Source: Vicugna vicugna (lineage: Eukaryota). Taken from it: a DNA stretch of 64,000 bases. Positions within the stretch are counted from its first letter, which is position 1; each line of letters opens with the position of its first letter. Positions 51,666 through 64,000 of this stretch are shown here, in pieces. The notes below the pieces were generated by a model. It saw nothing but the letters and a program-made list of their open reading frames with translations. It was not told where the DNA came from and did not search any database. The position numbers and the translations under genes were made by a program. The DNA lies in assembly GCA_013265495.1 (NCBI GenBank), contig MU057560.1:3284909-3348908 (forward strand), in the 5' to 3' direction.

Positions 51666-52381
51666 GTGGGTGGCAGGTCGACATGCATACCTCATCAGCG
51701 GGGAGGGGCCCCCTGCCCACCAGCCCCTCTGCTTCTCTCCCGTCTCCCTTCTTTTGCTTCCTTGGCATGCGTCTTGGGGTCCAGTCCTGGAGGGAGGCGT
51801 CAGGAGGCTTCCGGTTTCACACCAGGAGCGAACGGAGGGCTTGCACGCTTTCCTGGGGCTGAGACTCAGGCGCCAAGTTCCTGGTCGCCGCCCTGCGCTC
51901 TTTCCAGTGCGGGAGCAGCGTGTGCTGGGCAGCCCACGTCCTCTTGCCCGGGTTGGGGTGAGCCCCACTCCCATGCTCCCTTGCCCTGAGTGGGACTGGT
52001 CCCTGTGGAGCAGACCTGGGGGTCCAGGCTGTTCCTGCTGCTCTGGTCGCCCTCGGGTCGGCTATCTCTCCCCTGTCTTGGGTCTTGGCTGCCAGCACTG
52101 CTGGGGGGTTGGCGGGCAGCCCAGCCTGGCCTGCTCCTGCTGAGGGTGGGCCCCCTTCCATGGAGACCACCAGCTGGCCTGTGTTCACCTTGGTTTCCTT
52201 CTGTCTCATTTTACAGCGTTGTAATTTTCCTTCATAACATTGTATCTGAGATGGAAATTACGTGTCTAGTCAAACTCATGCTGTTCTGTTACACGTGTGT
52301 TAAATATTCTTTGTAAAGAGCATGTAACGCCACACTGGTTGGCCATCATCTGACTTCTGACGCGTGGTTCCTCCTCTCCAG

Positions 52382-52436
52382 TGATCCTGGTCTACTGTGC
52401 CGAGTACATCAATGAAGTGGCCGCGATGAACTGGAG
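52382..52436 (+). CDS. TMEM18: TMEM18 exon 3 (VILVYCAEYINEVAAMNW-R)
   Basis: Acceptor ttcctcctctccag| and donor AG|GTAACC; 55 nt; phases fit exons 2 and 4; contains the conserved YCAEYINE motif. Confidence 0.97.
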
Positions 52437-52639
52437 GTAACCGTGCCTGGGCATGGTGACTGTGTCTGAAACCACGCCCATCAGCTGAAGGACATGCTCA
52501 GAGACGTTCAGTTCTCCTTCTGCAAATGCCCTCTCTGTCCCCTGCCTGTGTCTCCGGCTGCTTAACGAGGAGACCTGAGCGGTGGTGGTGCCCATCCTCC
52601 CAGCCCACCGCGCTCACACCCCACCTTGAGGTGGAGGTG

Positions 52640-53030
52640 CTCTTGTGATCCGTCCATTGTTTCCTTAGTCCTGAAAACGCTAGTTCCCTGGTTTCTAGGC
52701 CGCTAGCTGGGATCCGCCTTTTTCCCTGCCAGTGCCCTCTCCTCTGGTCCTTTCCTGCTCTGGTCTCCAGACGCCAGCCTGTGTTACCACCTGGGCAGCC
52801 CACACCATGTCCAGTAAACATCATAAAGTCATCCTACCCCCCCTCCCCGATCCCCACTCCATCTGCACCTGCCCAAGCCATCTCTTCTCCCGGGGCGGCT
52901 TCTCCTCCTGGCTTCCTAGAACAGACCTGCAGGTGACACAGGAACCCTTGGGTGGTCATGTGGCCTCTGCCTTTGAAACAAGTGGGCAGGGGAGCACAGC
53001 CTTTCCCCCGCCATCCCGGCTGCCTGTGGG
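52640..53030 (+). mobile_element. LINE-2 fragment in TMEM18 intron 3
   Basis: ccacctggg...accatgtcc...catcat...cc pyrimidine-rich L2-like sequence. Confidence 0.45.
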
Positions 53031-53748
53031 TGACAAGGCCTGTCCATCAGCATCCTGACCCCACAGGCCTCAGAGTAGAGTCACAGCCCCTGGGCCCTGT
53101 TGGGTCCTCAAGCCTGTGTTTAGCCGTCCTTGCGCCCACATGCACATTCTGCAGGCCATCCCTGCTTCCTTTCCTCTGAGTGTGATCGGGACACAGCTTC
53201 CCACCACCCCGGTTGTCTGAGCCGCTGCCCTCCAACAGCTCCGAGCGCAGGGCTCCGCCTGCCCGCTGTCCGCCCCTTGGTGCCGTGGCCGGGCTATGGG
53301 CGGTGCTTCGTGACTGTCACTGACGTCGTGAGTGGGTTGCCCGAAGACAGCCGTGCCCGGACGTGGTGATCCCCTCCACCTGCTGTGACAGGTGGCCCAG
53401 CCGCGGCATTGGGGCAGCTGTCCCTGCGCCTGGAGCGGCTCCTGCCCCTCGTAGCGGCCACAGGGTCTTTACCCCACGGGGTTAGGAAGGGCCACGTCGT
53501 GTGCAGGGCATCTGCCCCACCTGTCTGCCTGTGCACACGGGTCCTGTGTCTTCGCTGAGGGGTCCCTGCATCCTCTCCAGACCAGGCAGCGCAGTCCAGG
53601 GTCCAGATCCTAAAAGACGTGGGTGGCTCTGGACCTAGGGTGGGCTGTCCTGCCCTCACCGAGGGCCCCCCAAAACGTGTGAGACGAAGAATATACAGTA
53701 ATGCCGTTTTGTTCCCCCAGGTAACCGTTAATTTCTTCCTTGAAACAG

Positions 53749-53842
53749 GCTGTTTTCGAAATACCAGTACTTCGACTCGAGGGGCATGTTCGTCTCCTTA
53801 GTGTTCTCAGCGCCCTTGCTGCTCAACGCCGCGGTCATTGTG
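53749..53842 (+). CDS. TMEM18: TMEM18 exon 4 ([32 protein letters not shown])
   Basis: Acceptor tttcttccttgaaacag| and donor GTG|GTACGT; 94 nt; contains the conserved QYFDSRGMF motif. Confidence 0.97.
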
Positions 53843-53922
53843 GTACGTGCCAGGCTCCCGGCCTCTGCCGTCTCCGAGGGGCACGCCCCTGTTCTAAGTG
53901 CATCTCCCACGGTTCTCTCTAG

Positions 53923-54012
53923 GTCCTGTGGGTGCGCAAGACCCTGAGCGTGATGACCGAGCTGAGGGGCTTGCGGGAGAGGCGGCGGGAGAGGCTGCGG
54001 AAGGAGGAGTGA
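53923..54012 (+). CDS. TMEM18: TMEM18 exon 5, coding part ([29 protein letters not shown])
   Basis: Acceptor ggttctctctag| after an 80-nt intron; basic C-terminal tail; TGA at 54010-54012. Spliced CDS is 57+121+55+94+90 = 417 nt = 138 aa plus stop. Confidence 0.96.
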   Translation, partial: VLWVRKTLSVMTELRGLRERRRERLRKEE

Positions 54013-54170
54013 CGACCCGCCGGGCTGCGCCCTGGAGACGTCTTCCTAGGACCGTCCGCTCCTCCAGCAGGCTGTGGTCAGCGTTTAAGACACATTTGAC
54101 TTCGTGTCCGCCGTGGCGCTCGCCAGGCCTGTGTCTGACCAAGGGGTGTTCAGTCTCTGGTTCAACTGTA

Positions 54171-54176
54171 AATAAA
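54171..54176 (+). terminator. TMEM18: Proximal polyadenylation signal AATAAA
   Basis: AATAAA about 160 nt after the stop, followed by GT-rich sequence (gtgttcctgtgtctggttgt). Confidence 0.7.
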
Positions 54177-55019
54177 CCATTGCTACCCGGGCACAGTGTT
54201 CCTGTGTCTGGTTGTAAAACAGCCAGTCAGTGGGAAGAGGTTGACTGAGTCGTAGACAGTGCAGTCCAGGCAAGGCCCCTCCGTCACCCTGTCATGCTGT
54301 GTCACCCCCGTCACCTCCTCACCCGGCCTGGTCCGTGCAGTGTTCGCCTCTCTGCAGCAGCTGCGTGAACCCCTGAGTCATTTCTCAGGCTGGAAAGTTC
54401 CAAGTAAGAATAGTCAGTGTTCACCTGCCTCAGCTGACAGTTTACGGCAGATACTAAGGTCAGTCGTGCTCCTGTGTCTCAGCTCTTCTGCTCGCGGGCA
54501 CTCTGGGCGTTGGTGTCCTTAGAGCAGGTGCACGGTTCCTGTGGTCCCCGTGCCCAGGCCGACTCCTATCGGGGCTGGGGCTGCCGCTGGATGGTGAGAG
54601 GCGAGCACAGGCCCACGCTGCTAGAACACAGCGACCCACAGAGAGCACTGTGGCTCCCGATTTGGTTTGAAAAGCAGTTTGTGAATAGTTCTCTTAATTC
54701 TAACAAGATTTTTTTTCTCTTAAGTTATATTCTTCGAAATTCAAAAAGAAAAAAAGTGGTTCATATGAAAGCATTTATATTTAGCAGCTCAAAAGGCGAC
54801 ATTTTGGTAGATTATGAAATTAAACGTTGAAATCCAGATACATAATGTTTTTATAGACACTTGTAAACTCTTAGTAGAGAAATTATTTCCTGAAATTTGA
54901 CCTCAGCTTTAGAAGGGAGCAGATGGAGCTTCCTAGGTATGGGGGTGTTTAACCTGGTATTTTTCCAGCCCCTTTTTGAGGTGTTAAACTTTTAAATTGA
55001 GCATTTCTTAAAATGACTT

Positions 55020-55025
55020 AATAAA
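55020..55025 (+). terminator. TMEM18: Candidate distal polyadenylation signal AATAAA
   Basis: Second AATAAA about 1 kb after the stop, in AT-rich context. Confidence 0.45.
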
Positions 55026-57097
55026 CAGCCTCCCTTGTGAAGTCAACTTTTGAATTCCTTGTACCTGACAGCAGACTTAGTTACGCATTTCTGAAAATGA
55101 CCAGTCCAGGATGTTTCATGGTATTGTGGCTTCAGAAGAGTCCACTGTATCACAAGTAATTTCTCAGAGAGCAGGACGGGCTGGCGGGTCACCCATGAGC
55201 GGGGTGGTGGGAGGGCTGCGGGCGGGTGGCTGGTGACCAGGGACAGGAAGCCTCGTGGAGACGTCCTGGCCTCGGCCTGGGCCACACAGAGGTCGTGGGG
55301 GCCTTTTCATTTCCCACAGTTACTCGGGCTGTAAATCGGGACTGGCTGACTGAATCTCATTTTTCCTGTGAGAATAGTGTGATAATACTGTTAACTTTGC
55401 ATGAATCAGGTGTTAGGGACTCGATCTAAAGACAAGACCGGGGGCCTTTCCTTCACTGGTGTGGGTAATTTTTTTGGAACAGTTATGTCCTGTTTCATGA
55501 ACACAAACTTTGTTTTTTAACTGTTTTTAGAAAGTTCATGATCAGTGACTTAAATTACAGTGTTAGCAGATACTTCGCTGTCCTTGCACTTGGGGAAACC
55601 CTCCCAGCTGCAGTCGTCCCAGACAGTTACGTGATGTGTCTGGAGTGTGAGCCCTTTAGAGGGTTTGGGGTGCACGAGGCTGCTGTGCTTGGTGGAGCCC
55701 TGGGGGAGCAGGCGCCGCTGGAGGCCCCGCGGCAGGCTGCAGGAGAGCGCAGGTTTTGTTGTCTTTATGAACAGGAGGAGAGGACTTTCATGGTGAACGT
55801 GTGCTTCGCGTACCCCAGATCCTTGACGCCTCATCCGTTGTGAAGTGAAGTGTGTATGTAACGATACGTGGTATGTTTTTTCTGCACAACTGCACTCGGT
55901 TTTGACTCTGTAGACGGAAAGGGGCTCCCAGAGGGCTGGCCGCACCCGTGCTGCTGGGGCCCCTTGATCCAGTGTCTGACACTGGACTTGAGGAAGAGAA
56001 ACTCGCTTTCCTCGGTGTGGACAGGCGGCACGCGGACCTGAGTGAGTCCCTTACAGTGAGACGTCGTGCTGAGACGTCAGCATCTTCTCACCCCTTAACC
56101 AAACGTGCTGTAGAGCTTTAAAAATTAAAAAGTTTGATGGGGAGTCGCAAAAGAATGTGGAGGTGTTTCCCAGGGCTTCGGGGGAGGCAGGTGGTAGCGG
56201 GACGCTGGGTGAGGTCGCGTTGCCTGGACCAGGCAGCACGTCTCCACGGAGACCTGGGCTGGGATCGAGCTGTATCCCCTGTCCTCGCAGCCCAGGGCCC
56301 CGCCCCTGGGTTTCGCTGCCTCGTGGGTAAAACGTGGTCTCGGGCTTGTACCCTCACGTTCTGAGTTCAGCTGGTGTGTCCTAACCAGGTCTCAGGCTGA
56401 GAACCTTTCTTCAGTTTGTGAAAACTCCTGGCTGTTACATTGTGGAGTCAGAGCCTCATTGGAGAGCACACAACACAAGCCAGGGCTGGGCCAGGTCTCC
56501 AGTCCACGCATGGGAAGCTGGGCCACGGGGGCAGGCAGCCCACTGACAGCCTCGCAGGGGCCACGCTGAGGCCGCCCGGGCCCCAAGACTCCACACTCGG
56601 CCTCACGCGGAGTCGGCCCCAGCCCCGTGACCTGAGACCTGCCTTTGTGCTTCGTTGTTTCTTCTTGTATGATCTCGGGGTATTTGCAGGCACCCATTCA
56701 CTGCCTCGTTTTTTCCTTAAAGTCTCCTTTCTGTGATCTTCTCAATCCCTTTTGCCGTGGCCATATTTCAGTATGGAACATAATTTTCAGCGACCACTGT
56801 GTACAGTGTGGGAGCCTTGCTGTACGGGGGCAAGTTCAGTTCACTGAGCCGGTTCCTGGTGTTGGAGGCGCGGCGCTCTTTAAAATGAACACGGTCAACG
56901 GAAATCTGCAGCTTCAGAGGCGCTCGTCAGCGTGTCAATTACTGACTCGGAATAAGGTCCAACAAGTGAAGTGAAGTCAAAATCTACTGACATTCCATGG
57001 CAGTTGGTGACTTGCTAAGTCAGTTTTCAGAAAACACATGCCAGTGTCAGGGGCACATTATTCCTCAAATCCTTGTCTAAATGGCAGTGTTTTCACA

Positions 57098-57116
57098 AGG
57101 CCTCCAGGGGGCGCTG
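57098..57116 (+). promoter_or_regulatory. Candidate CTCF site
   Basis: GGCCTCCAGGGGGCGCTG closely matches the CTCF core consensus GGCCACCAGGGGGCGCTA. Confidence 0.65.
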
Positions 57117-60100
57117 ATGCACCGAGGCCGGCGTCCAGCCGGCGGTCGCCCGCCCGGGAGGCTGGCGTCTTTGATGGAAGCCTGCTGTTCCAGCTAGAGG
57201 GAGCCGGTCAGGACTAGCGGGCGTGGTTCCCCTTCTTCACGTGAACCAGGTTGACAGTGCCCAAGTCACGCTGGGTCCCAGATGCACACACACGTGTGCA
57301 CACGCACGCGGGCAACGGGAGATCGTGGACAGCGCTCACCTGCGGCCGCACGCAGCCTGTTCCTGGTCCCCCTCAGTCCCTTAGCCTGTCTTCTCGTCTC
57401 AGGACACCATGTCAGTAGGCGGAGGAAGTCAGGAAAGGGGTGTGAGGGGTGACAGGCTGTTGGTGAGGAGTGTGTCCCCGGCCCAGCAGACCCCCGGGTG
57501 GAAAACATGGGAGTTCATTACTCACCCACTGTGGGCGGGGCCCAGGGCCCTGGGAGCAGAGATGAAGGTCTGGCCCTGCGCTGAAGAACTCAGACCACGG
57601 AGTCCCTCTCGGTGGTAGGTGTGAGTTGGAAGCTGACGGTCACCTGCCTCATCCCAGGCTCCGACCGCTCGGTCCTGGGAGGTGGGGGGTGGGAGGGGGC
57701 CGCCTCACTGGCCTCCCAACCTCCGTGTCTGTTACAGGGCTGGCACTGAGTTTGGCCTGATGAGCCGAGTAAACACGCAGAGTGGTTCCGGCTGAGCCCA
57801 AGGCCTGGAGCACCAGGTGGGGACTTCGTCCCTGAGTCTCCAGCTCCTGCGTGACTTAAGTGGGACCAGCCTGCCGTCCGCTTCAGCTGTTCACATGCGT
57901 CCTGCCTGACCGTGGACGGTGTATGACGCCCGTGTGGTCACCACTCTAGAGGGAAAGTGATGAGATCACAGGGACGCCTCATCAGAACCTGGGCTCACCT
58001 GAGAGCAGGAGTGGCCTGAGGCTTGGTCCCACCAGCCGCTTTTAACCAAGTTCCAGCGAATGGGTGCTTCTGTTCCAAGGTTAACCCTTACGCTTACACT
58101 TCAAGGTACACGGTCTAGAAATGCCAGCGTTTTTTCTAGTTTTTATGCAACAAAACTAGAAGAAAGGCCAATAACTGGAACTGAATCTGATGAGTTTGAA
58201 GCCACTCGGGGAGGCAGAGTCAGAAGACCTGTGTGTCAGGGTGGGGGTGTATGTTCATCGGAGGATGTCCGTTGGGGTGGGGGCATCCAGGGCTGCAGAG
58301 ACGGGGAACTGTGAGGTCCGTCGGGGTGAGGGCATCCAACCTGAATCATGATGCAGCAAAACGAGCAGGAATTCGGGGAGCAGAGCACAGACTGACCCCC
58401 TGCTCTAGCAGATGAGGGAGGCAGAGTCTGGTCGGGAGTCATGCTCTCGGGCTGCAGAACCAGCAATGCCCTGTCACCTCAGATGCAGAGACTCGAGTTT
58501 GTACAACAGGGAAAGGCCAGGTGATTTCTGACAGAAGCTAAAAGAGAAAATAAGACCTGGAATTTTCCCAAGATTCAACTTAAAAAAAAAAATAACAAGG
58601 TAGAAGTTTGGTTGTTTGTGTTACAATATAAAGGCTAGAAATCCAGATTTACATGTAAATTGATGGAATTAATCCAAACTGCAATTTCAGGGGAAAGCAA
58701 TGCTTGTGCCTGAGAACGCGTGGCAGGTTAGCTTGTTTTCTGCTCTTTTTTGCACGTATTGCTTGCTTGTTTTTTAATTGTTTCAGAGTCTTTGTTGAAA
58801 ACATCACCGTGTTTAAGGAAGTATCTTTATTACTCGGGTGGCTGGCTGGTGCCCTGTCCTTGAGGACGGTCTGTCATTTCTGGAAGATTCTCGGCCTGGC
58901 TATGCCACCAGCATTGACCTCACTGCAGCCGCTCCTTGGGGACTGTCCAGAGGGCCCAGGGTAGCTCTGCTCTTGGGGGGAGGGCGTGATAGAAACCCAG
59001 ATGTGTCTGCTGTGAGCCAGAGGCGATGGGGTGAGGAGCGAATTCTCATCAAGCATGTATTATGCAGCAAGGCCCGAGTGCGGGCCCCCCCGGACCCTGG
59101 ATAAGGCGGTCCAACCCAGCCGGGGCGCTGGCCGTGTGGCCCTCAGCCCCGGACCCCAGAGGGCTGAGGGGGACCCGCAGAGCTCAGAGCGGGGGCCACT
59201 CTGCCACGTCACCAGAGCTGCCCGCGCTGGGGCCTGTTTACCCATCACCAGGGACGCTGGGGCTCTTGGGCATCAGCGCTCCGCCGTTTGTGTCTCCACA
59301 GCCAGAATCCCCCCAAGGGACACACACACGCACCTTGCCCCAACCAAGGACGGTCCCCCAGGAGGCAGCTCCCCCAAGCAGGGTGCACCCACCTGGGGAG
59401 CCCCTTGCCAGCAGAGGGGAAGCTCCCTCCCTGGACCACGCGGCTGCACTGAGGTCACGGTCGGCATCAAAGCCTTGGGGTTTGCCAGCCCCCGCCCCCC
59501 GGGGTCCCTCACTCTCACAGGCGCCTGATGCCCTGGGTCCTACAGCCTCGGCCACCTTGAGTCTCCACACCTGAACTGCAGGCAGGTCTCAAAGCCCTGG
59601 CCAGAACATCCGGGGGTCGGACGCGGGCAGCGCAGCCGTGGGAGGTGGGGAGGCCATGGTCTGCGGTGTGTGGTTGCATTCAAACGCCCGGACGCCCCAT
59701 GGAGGACACGTCTGCACCCCACTGCTTCTCTCCTTGCGTTCCTGAGTGTGAAATGCTTTTCCTCTGAGCTCAACCAGGTGAATGTAGAAAAGCAAGTCAG
59801 CTTTTGGAGCCAGGAGCCAGGAATCAGCGTCCCTGCCTGAGGCTGGTTGGCACAGGCCGCTGCCCCCGGGTGAAGCCCAGGTCCTCAGGACCACGCATCA
59901 GGAGGGGGAAGAGGCAGAGGCGGGCTGAGGGCTCCCTCCCAGTGGGATGCTGCCCCACGTCCGTAAGAAGGTGGACACGGGCAGAGGAGGTGGTGAGGGG
60001 TCTCAGTGGGAGAAGCATCATCAGGGAAGAGCCACGTGAGGGTCCCTGCACTGGGAGTCTGGGCGGGGGGCCCGGCGGCATCAGCTCCAGAGGAGCAACT

Positions 60101-62479
60101 GCCAAAGCGCTGTCCACCCCGGTGGAGGGTGTGTCAGGCCAGACTGGGTGGACTGAGGCCTGGGATGGCCCCACGAGGCAAAGGGGGCTCCTACCTCTTT
60201 CCTGCCATCAGATTGCCACTGTCTTTGCGAGCAGCTGTCACGTGGCGCCCTGCCTCCCGGGACGGCTCCCGGGGTCCCTGCCAGCACCTCCTCGGCCACG
60301 CAGGGTCCTGGAGGGCATCACAGAGGCCAGACCTCCCCTAAGGCTCCGTCTCGTGTACAGACGGGCTCTTCCCCCGCGGGCCCTGATCTGCACCTCCAGT
60401 GTGTTTCTTTGTTCACCGTGTTCTGTATTGTTTTGTATGAGACCCTTTAATAGACCGCAAAGCTTTTCTTTCCACGTGTAGGAGAAATCTCACTGTCAAA
60501 GGCTCGTGAGGAGAAGCTCGGGACACTGGGGCTGTAGGGATCTGGGGCCCTGGCGTTGCCTCCTCCTGTTCTCATCCAGCTTGGATCCAAGTCCCTGGGG
60601 ATTCCCGCAGGCCTAGCGCGCGGCGGGCCCCAAAGTGCTTTTTGGAACTGAGGAAGGTGTTTCTTCTTTAGTTTAACCCTAGTTTCTGTGGGTGCTGGCT
60701 GGCGGGTTTGCTGTTGGGAGCAGTTTGAAGGGAGTGGAACCGGCGCACAGGTCCCTCTGTACCAGATGGAGAGGTGGTGGGGCCTCTGAGACACCAAACC
60801 TCCCGTCAGCGAGCAAAGTGTAACGGGCGGTAATTCTGGGCTCTGCAGACTCCCTTCGTCTCGTTCCCAGGGAGGGCGGTGAGGGGCGTTCCACCGCAGA
60901 CTCTCGAAGGGAAAACAGGCCGAGAGTTCAGTTTGTCAAGTCCCTTTAAAACCGCTGCCTGTTGAGCAGCCTGAACACACGGTCACGTGGCGTTAATGCA
61001 GAGCATTGCAGCTCGTGATTGACCGGACTTTACTGCAAAGGCCGACAACGCCCACCCCTGTGTTGCAAGTATTTTAGAATCCATTCCAGAAGCTCACTCC
61101 CCAGATTCTGGGCAGGGCTGCTGCTGATTCCATTGCATCCACTCGAGTAAACAGAAGAGGCTGAACACTTGGTGAGTTTCCCACGATCTGGTGTCACACA
61201 CACCCCACAATGGAGGCTTGTAGCAGGAAGATCTGGTGATAAGCAGTGTTGGGAAGCTGACTGCCCGGCGGTCTCTGCAGGCAGGTCCCAGAGGACGCAG
61301 ACTTCCTGGGAGCTCGCCGTCCGGAGCTCCACCAGCCCCGAGCAGAGGCATATGCCCCTGCTGCCCCGCGTGTGGGCACGAGCGGACGACGCCGGCAGCA
61401 GTGCTCGGCCGTCAGGGCAGGGGTCCCGGCCCCGGGATGGACATTGCTTCCCTGGACAGTCTAGCGGCCGTGCTCATAGGTGGAGGAGGCCCCCTTCCCT
61501 CCTGTCCACACAGGGTGGGGACGGTGGACACAGCCCAGCCCAGTGGCTGCAGGGACCAACACGAAGACCGTTAGTGTCAGCCCTGCCCTTGTTCCGACCT
61601 TGACGCTGAGCAGTGTGTCTGCCCGCCTTCCAGTCCCCCTGCTGCCCACACTGTCCTGAAGCCAGGCCATCACTCCCAGGTGACTTTGCCTGGAATCTGA
61701 GAAGGCCCTACAGCTCCCATGCCGTGCACAGAGCTGCATTTTAACCGCCCTCCCCACTGCCCAAGCCCTCGTGTCAGCCTGGGAAAGGGCATGGGGGCCA
61801 CGCTGTGCCTCGGGGTCCTCCAGGGTCCTCGTGGCCTTACCGTGTTTCCACCTCCTTCCACGCACTCCCCTACCCCTGCCACCGCTCCCAGGTCATCACA
61901 GCTGTTTCTCCTTCAGACTGGCTTTTGGACCAGCTGTCGAGGGCTCTGTGCTTCTGATTTTTAGAGAACATTCTGTCCTTTGATGAGAGTGAAATTTCAC
62001 TCATTGTCAACCCAGTTATTCCCTCACCCCACCCCACCCCCCACCAAGCTAGCATCCTTCAGGGACGGTCCTGGTGCTCAGGCCCCGAGAGCTTCCTTCC
62101 TGCTGAGTGTGGGCTGGGCTCAGGGGCTTCCAACAACTGGCACAGAACGACAGGGCCACCTCACCATTGGGATGTGACCGTTTCTGCCCGTTTCCGGCTC
62201 TGGTGGAGCAAGCCGCCAGGCTGGAGAGGCCAGAGCTGCAGGAGGCCTTCGGTGAGGAACTGAGTCCCGCCAACGACGCCTGGGATGACCGCCGCCTGCA
62301 GTCCGGCCGATGGGGGCTGTGGCTGGGGACCCACGGGCCGGCCCTCAACCCTGCTGTGAGTCTGGACGTGCACCGGGCAGACGCGGGCAATCAGGGCCCC
62401 TAAAGAGACGGTCCTGCAGACCCCACGACAGTGGCCGCATGGAGGTCTCGCAGGGCGGGCACGGTGGGAAGAGACAGAC

Positions 62480-62670
62480 ATGCTCTGATTTGACAACCTG
62501 GTTCCGTGTCTCAGCTCTGCTTTTTTGAGTTTTGGTAAAACACTCAACCTCTCTGAGCCTCAGTTTCAGTGGGAAGAAGGGATGTTTTGACAAAAATTAG
62601 AGGAAATCATGGAAAACATGACACTTTACCTGGGGTCTGGCATGCGGACGTTACTGAACAAATGGTAGCA
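62480..62670 (+). mobile_element. MIR SINE
   Basis: ctcaacctctctgagcctcagtttc...gaggaaatcatg...cctggggtctggcatgc...gttactgaacaaatggtagc. Confidence 0.8.
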
Positions 62671-64000
62671 CACGGCGTTTGGTTTCACCCATCCCTTTAA
62701 GTGCTTGCGTATCATCTAAGCAGATAACTTCCCTGAGGGCACAAACGAGGTCATACAAGACAAATCAGATAATAGAACATGGCAGTAGTTATTCCAGGAC
62801 CCAGGGCTGTGTCGTTGCTTCTGTGTCCTCCCCACAGCGCCTGCAGTCCTGGCCGTGAGTATTTACTGAAGAACTAACATGAGTCTTCCAATTTGTTTTC
62901 TGGGAAAGTCCTATGGAAGCATGAAGTCTGCAGGGGAGAAAAAAAATAAGATATTTGCCCTGAACTGTAAATGCAAAAGGGTATTTTAGCAAATGCAATG
63001 GCATGAAAATTGGAAAAAGCGATCTTCTTTCTGCCAGAACAGATGTGCCTGGCGCGCAGCCCACGTTTCGGGAACACAAGATGACGGCGGCATTGATTGC
63101 TGACACAATCGTGTGGTTTCTGAGAGCTCAGGATTGCACCTAAAGGTATGTGTTGCTCCAACTGTCTGCAGGTGTGTCATACTTAATTCATTAAAGATGC
63201 ATTTCAGAGTCATCTTGAAAATATTACCTCACTGATACGAGCCAAGTGTTGTCGGGAAGTGTGCCCTGCACGGTCCTGACCCACCTGGTCAGTGAAACCC
63301 AGTGTCCCCTGTGGCCTCCGCAGCTTCCAGGAGACGCGGGCAGACTGGCACTTGGGGGAAGCACCGCCGTCAGCTCACCTGGGAACTCCGACGTCCGAAG
63401 TGCCTTGGCCCCTGCTCAGCTCAAAAGCCCTCTTTTTTTTTTTCTCTTTTTGCCAAATCTGTATTAGAAAAGAATGACCGCAGTTGCAGTTTTAAATCTT
63501 CATGTATAGATACATGGGCATTTTGTTCTGTTTGGCTATATTTTTCATATAGAGAAAAATATTCCTAATACTTGAACCTGAATTGCGTTTTGGTGCAACT
63601 GAAGGATGAAACGGCAGGCCGACAAGGGAATTTCACTTTTTCAAACTTAACTCTTTCCTGGGACTAACGTGAGCAGCGGGAGGTCACTCAGGAAGCAGTG
63701 ACTTCTTTGCAAAAGGATAAAGCAGTCATTCTAAGAAACTAGAAGGCCGTATCTGCGAAACATCTTGCACAGAACTGTCTCCTGCACTTTCAGGCTATAG
63801 CTCAAGTCTGCTCTACAAGTAGAAGTGTCTCAGGGTTTTAGAAATTGTGAGTAAGATACAAACACCGTTGGGATCTGAAGCACTGGGAATTGTGAGTAGC
63901 CATTCCCGCGCAGCGTGGGTTTGCTTCGCAGGAATGCTGCCAGCTTTACGGCCCAGGAAGCCTCCTCGGCTCCCTGAGCAGGTCTTCCTGAAAATCAGGC

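Noticed and set aside
59804-60481. 225-aa ORF downstream of TMEM18
   Set aside because: No homology recognised; typical chance GC-rich ORF.

Overview
This is mammalian genomic DNA, GC- and CpG-rich and subtelomeric-looking. It is most likely from a camelid, inferred from two tRNA-derived SINE copies of the camelid vic-1 type. The only protein-coding gene I can support is TMEM18 on the + strand: 5 coding exons at 49413-54012, all introns GT-AG, 138 aa, with a CpG-island promoter and AATAAA signals at 54171 and 55020. The rest is intergenic: old L1, L2, MIR, MaLR/ERV LTR and hAT fragments, simple repeats, telomere-like arrays, orphan CpG-rich islands and three N-gaps. There are no prokaryotic, viral, CRISPR, rRNA or true tRNA features, and nearly all ORFs in the track are chance GC-rich ORFs. 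I found no clear novel multi-gene system. The best leads are regulatory: (1) an upstream VNTR-containing CpG island with a donor in frame with TMEM18 exon 2, (2) four CGCG/BANP-like elements plus a 62-bp-periodic nuclear-receptor-like repeat in the promoter, (3) a possible poison acceptor in intron 3, and (4) interstitial telomeric tracts. Repeat family names and human comparisons come from recalled sequences, not from searches.
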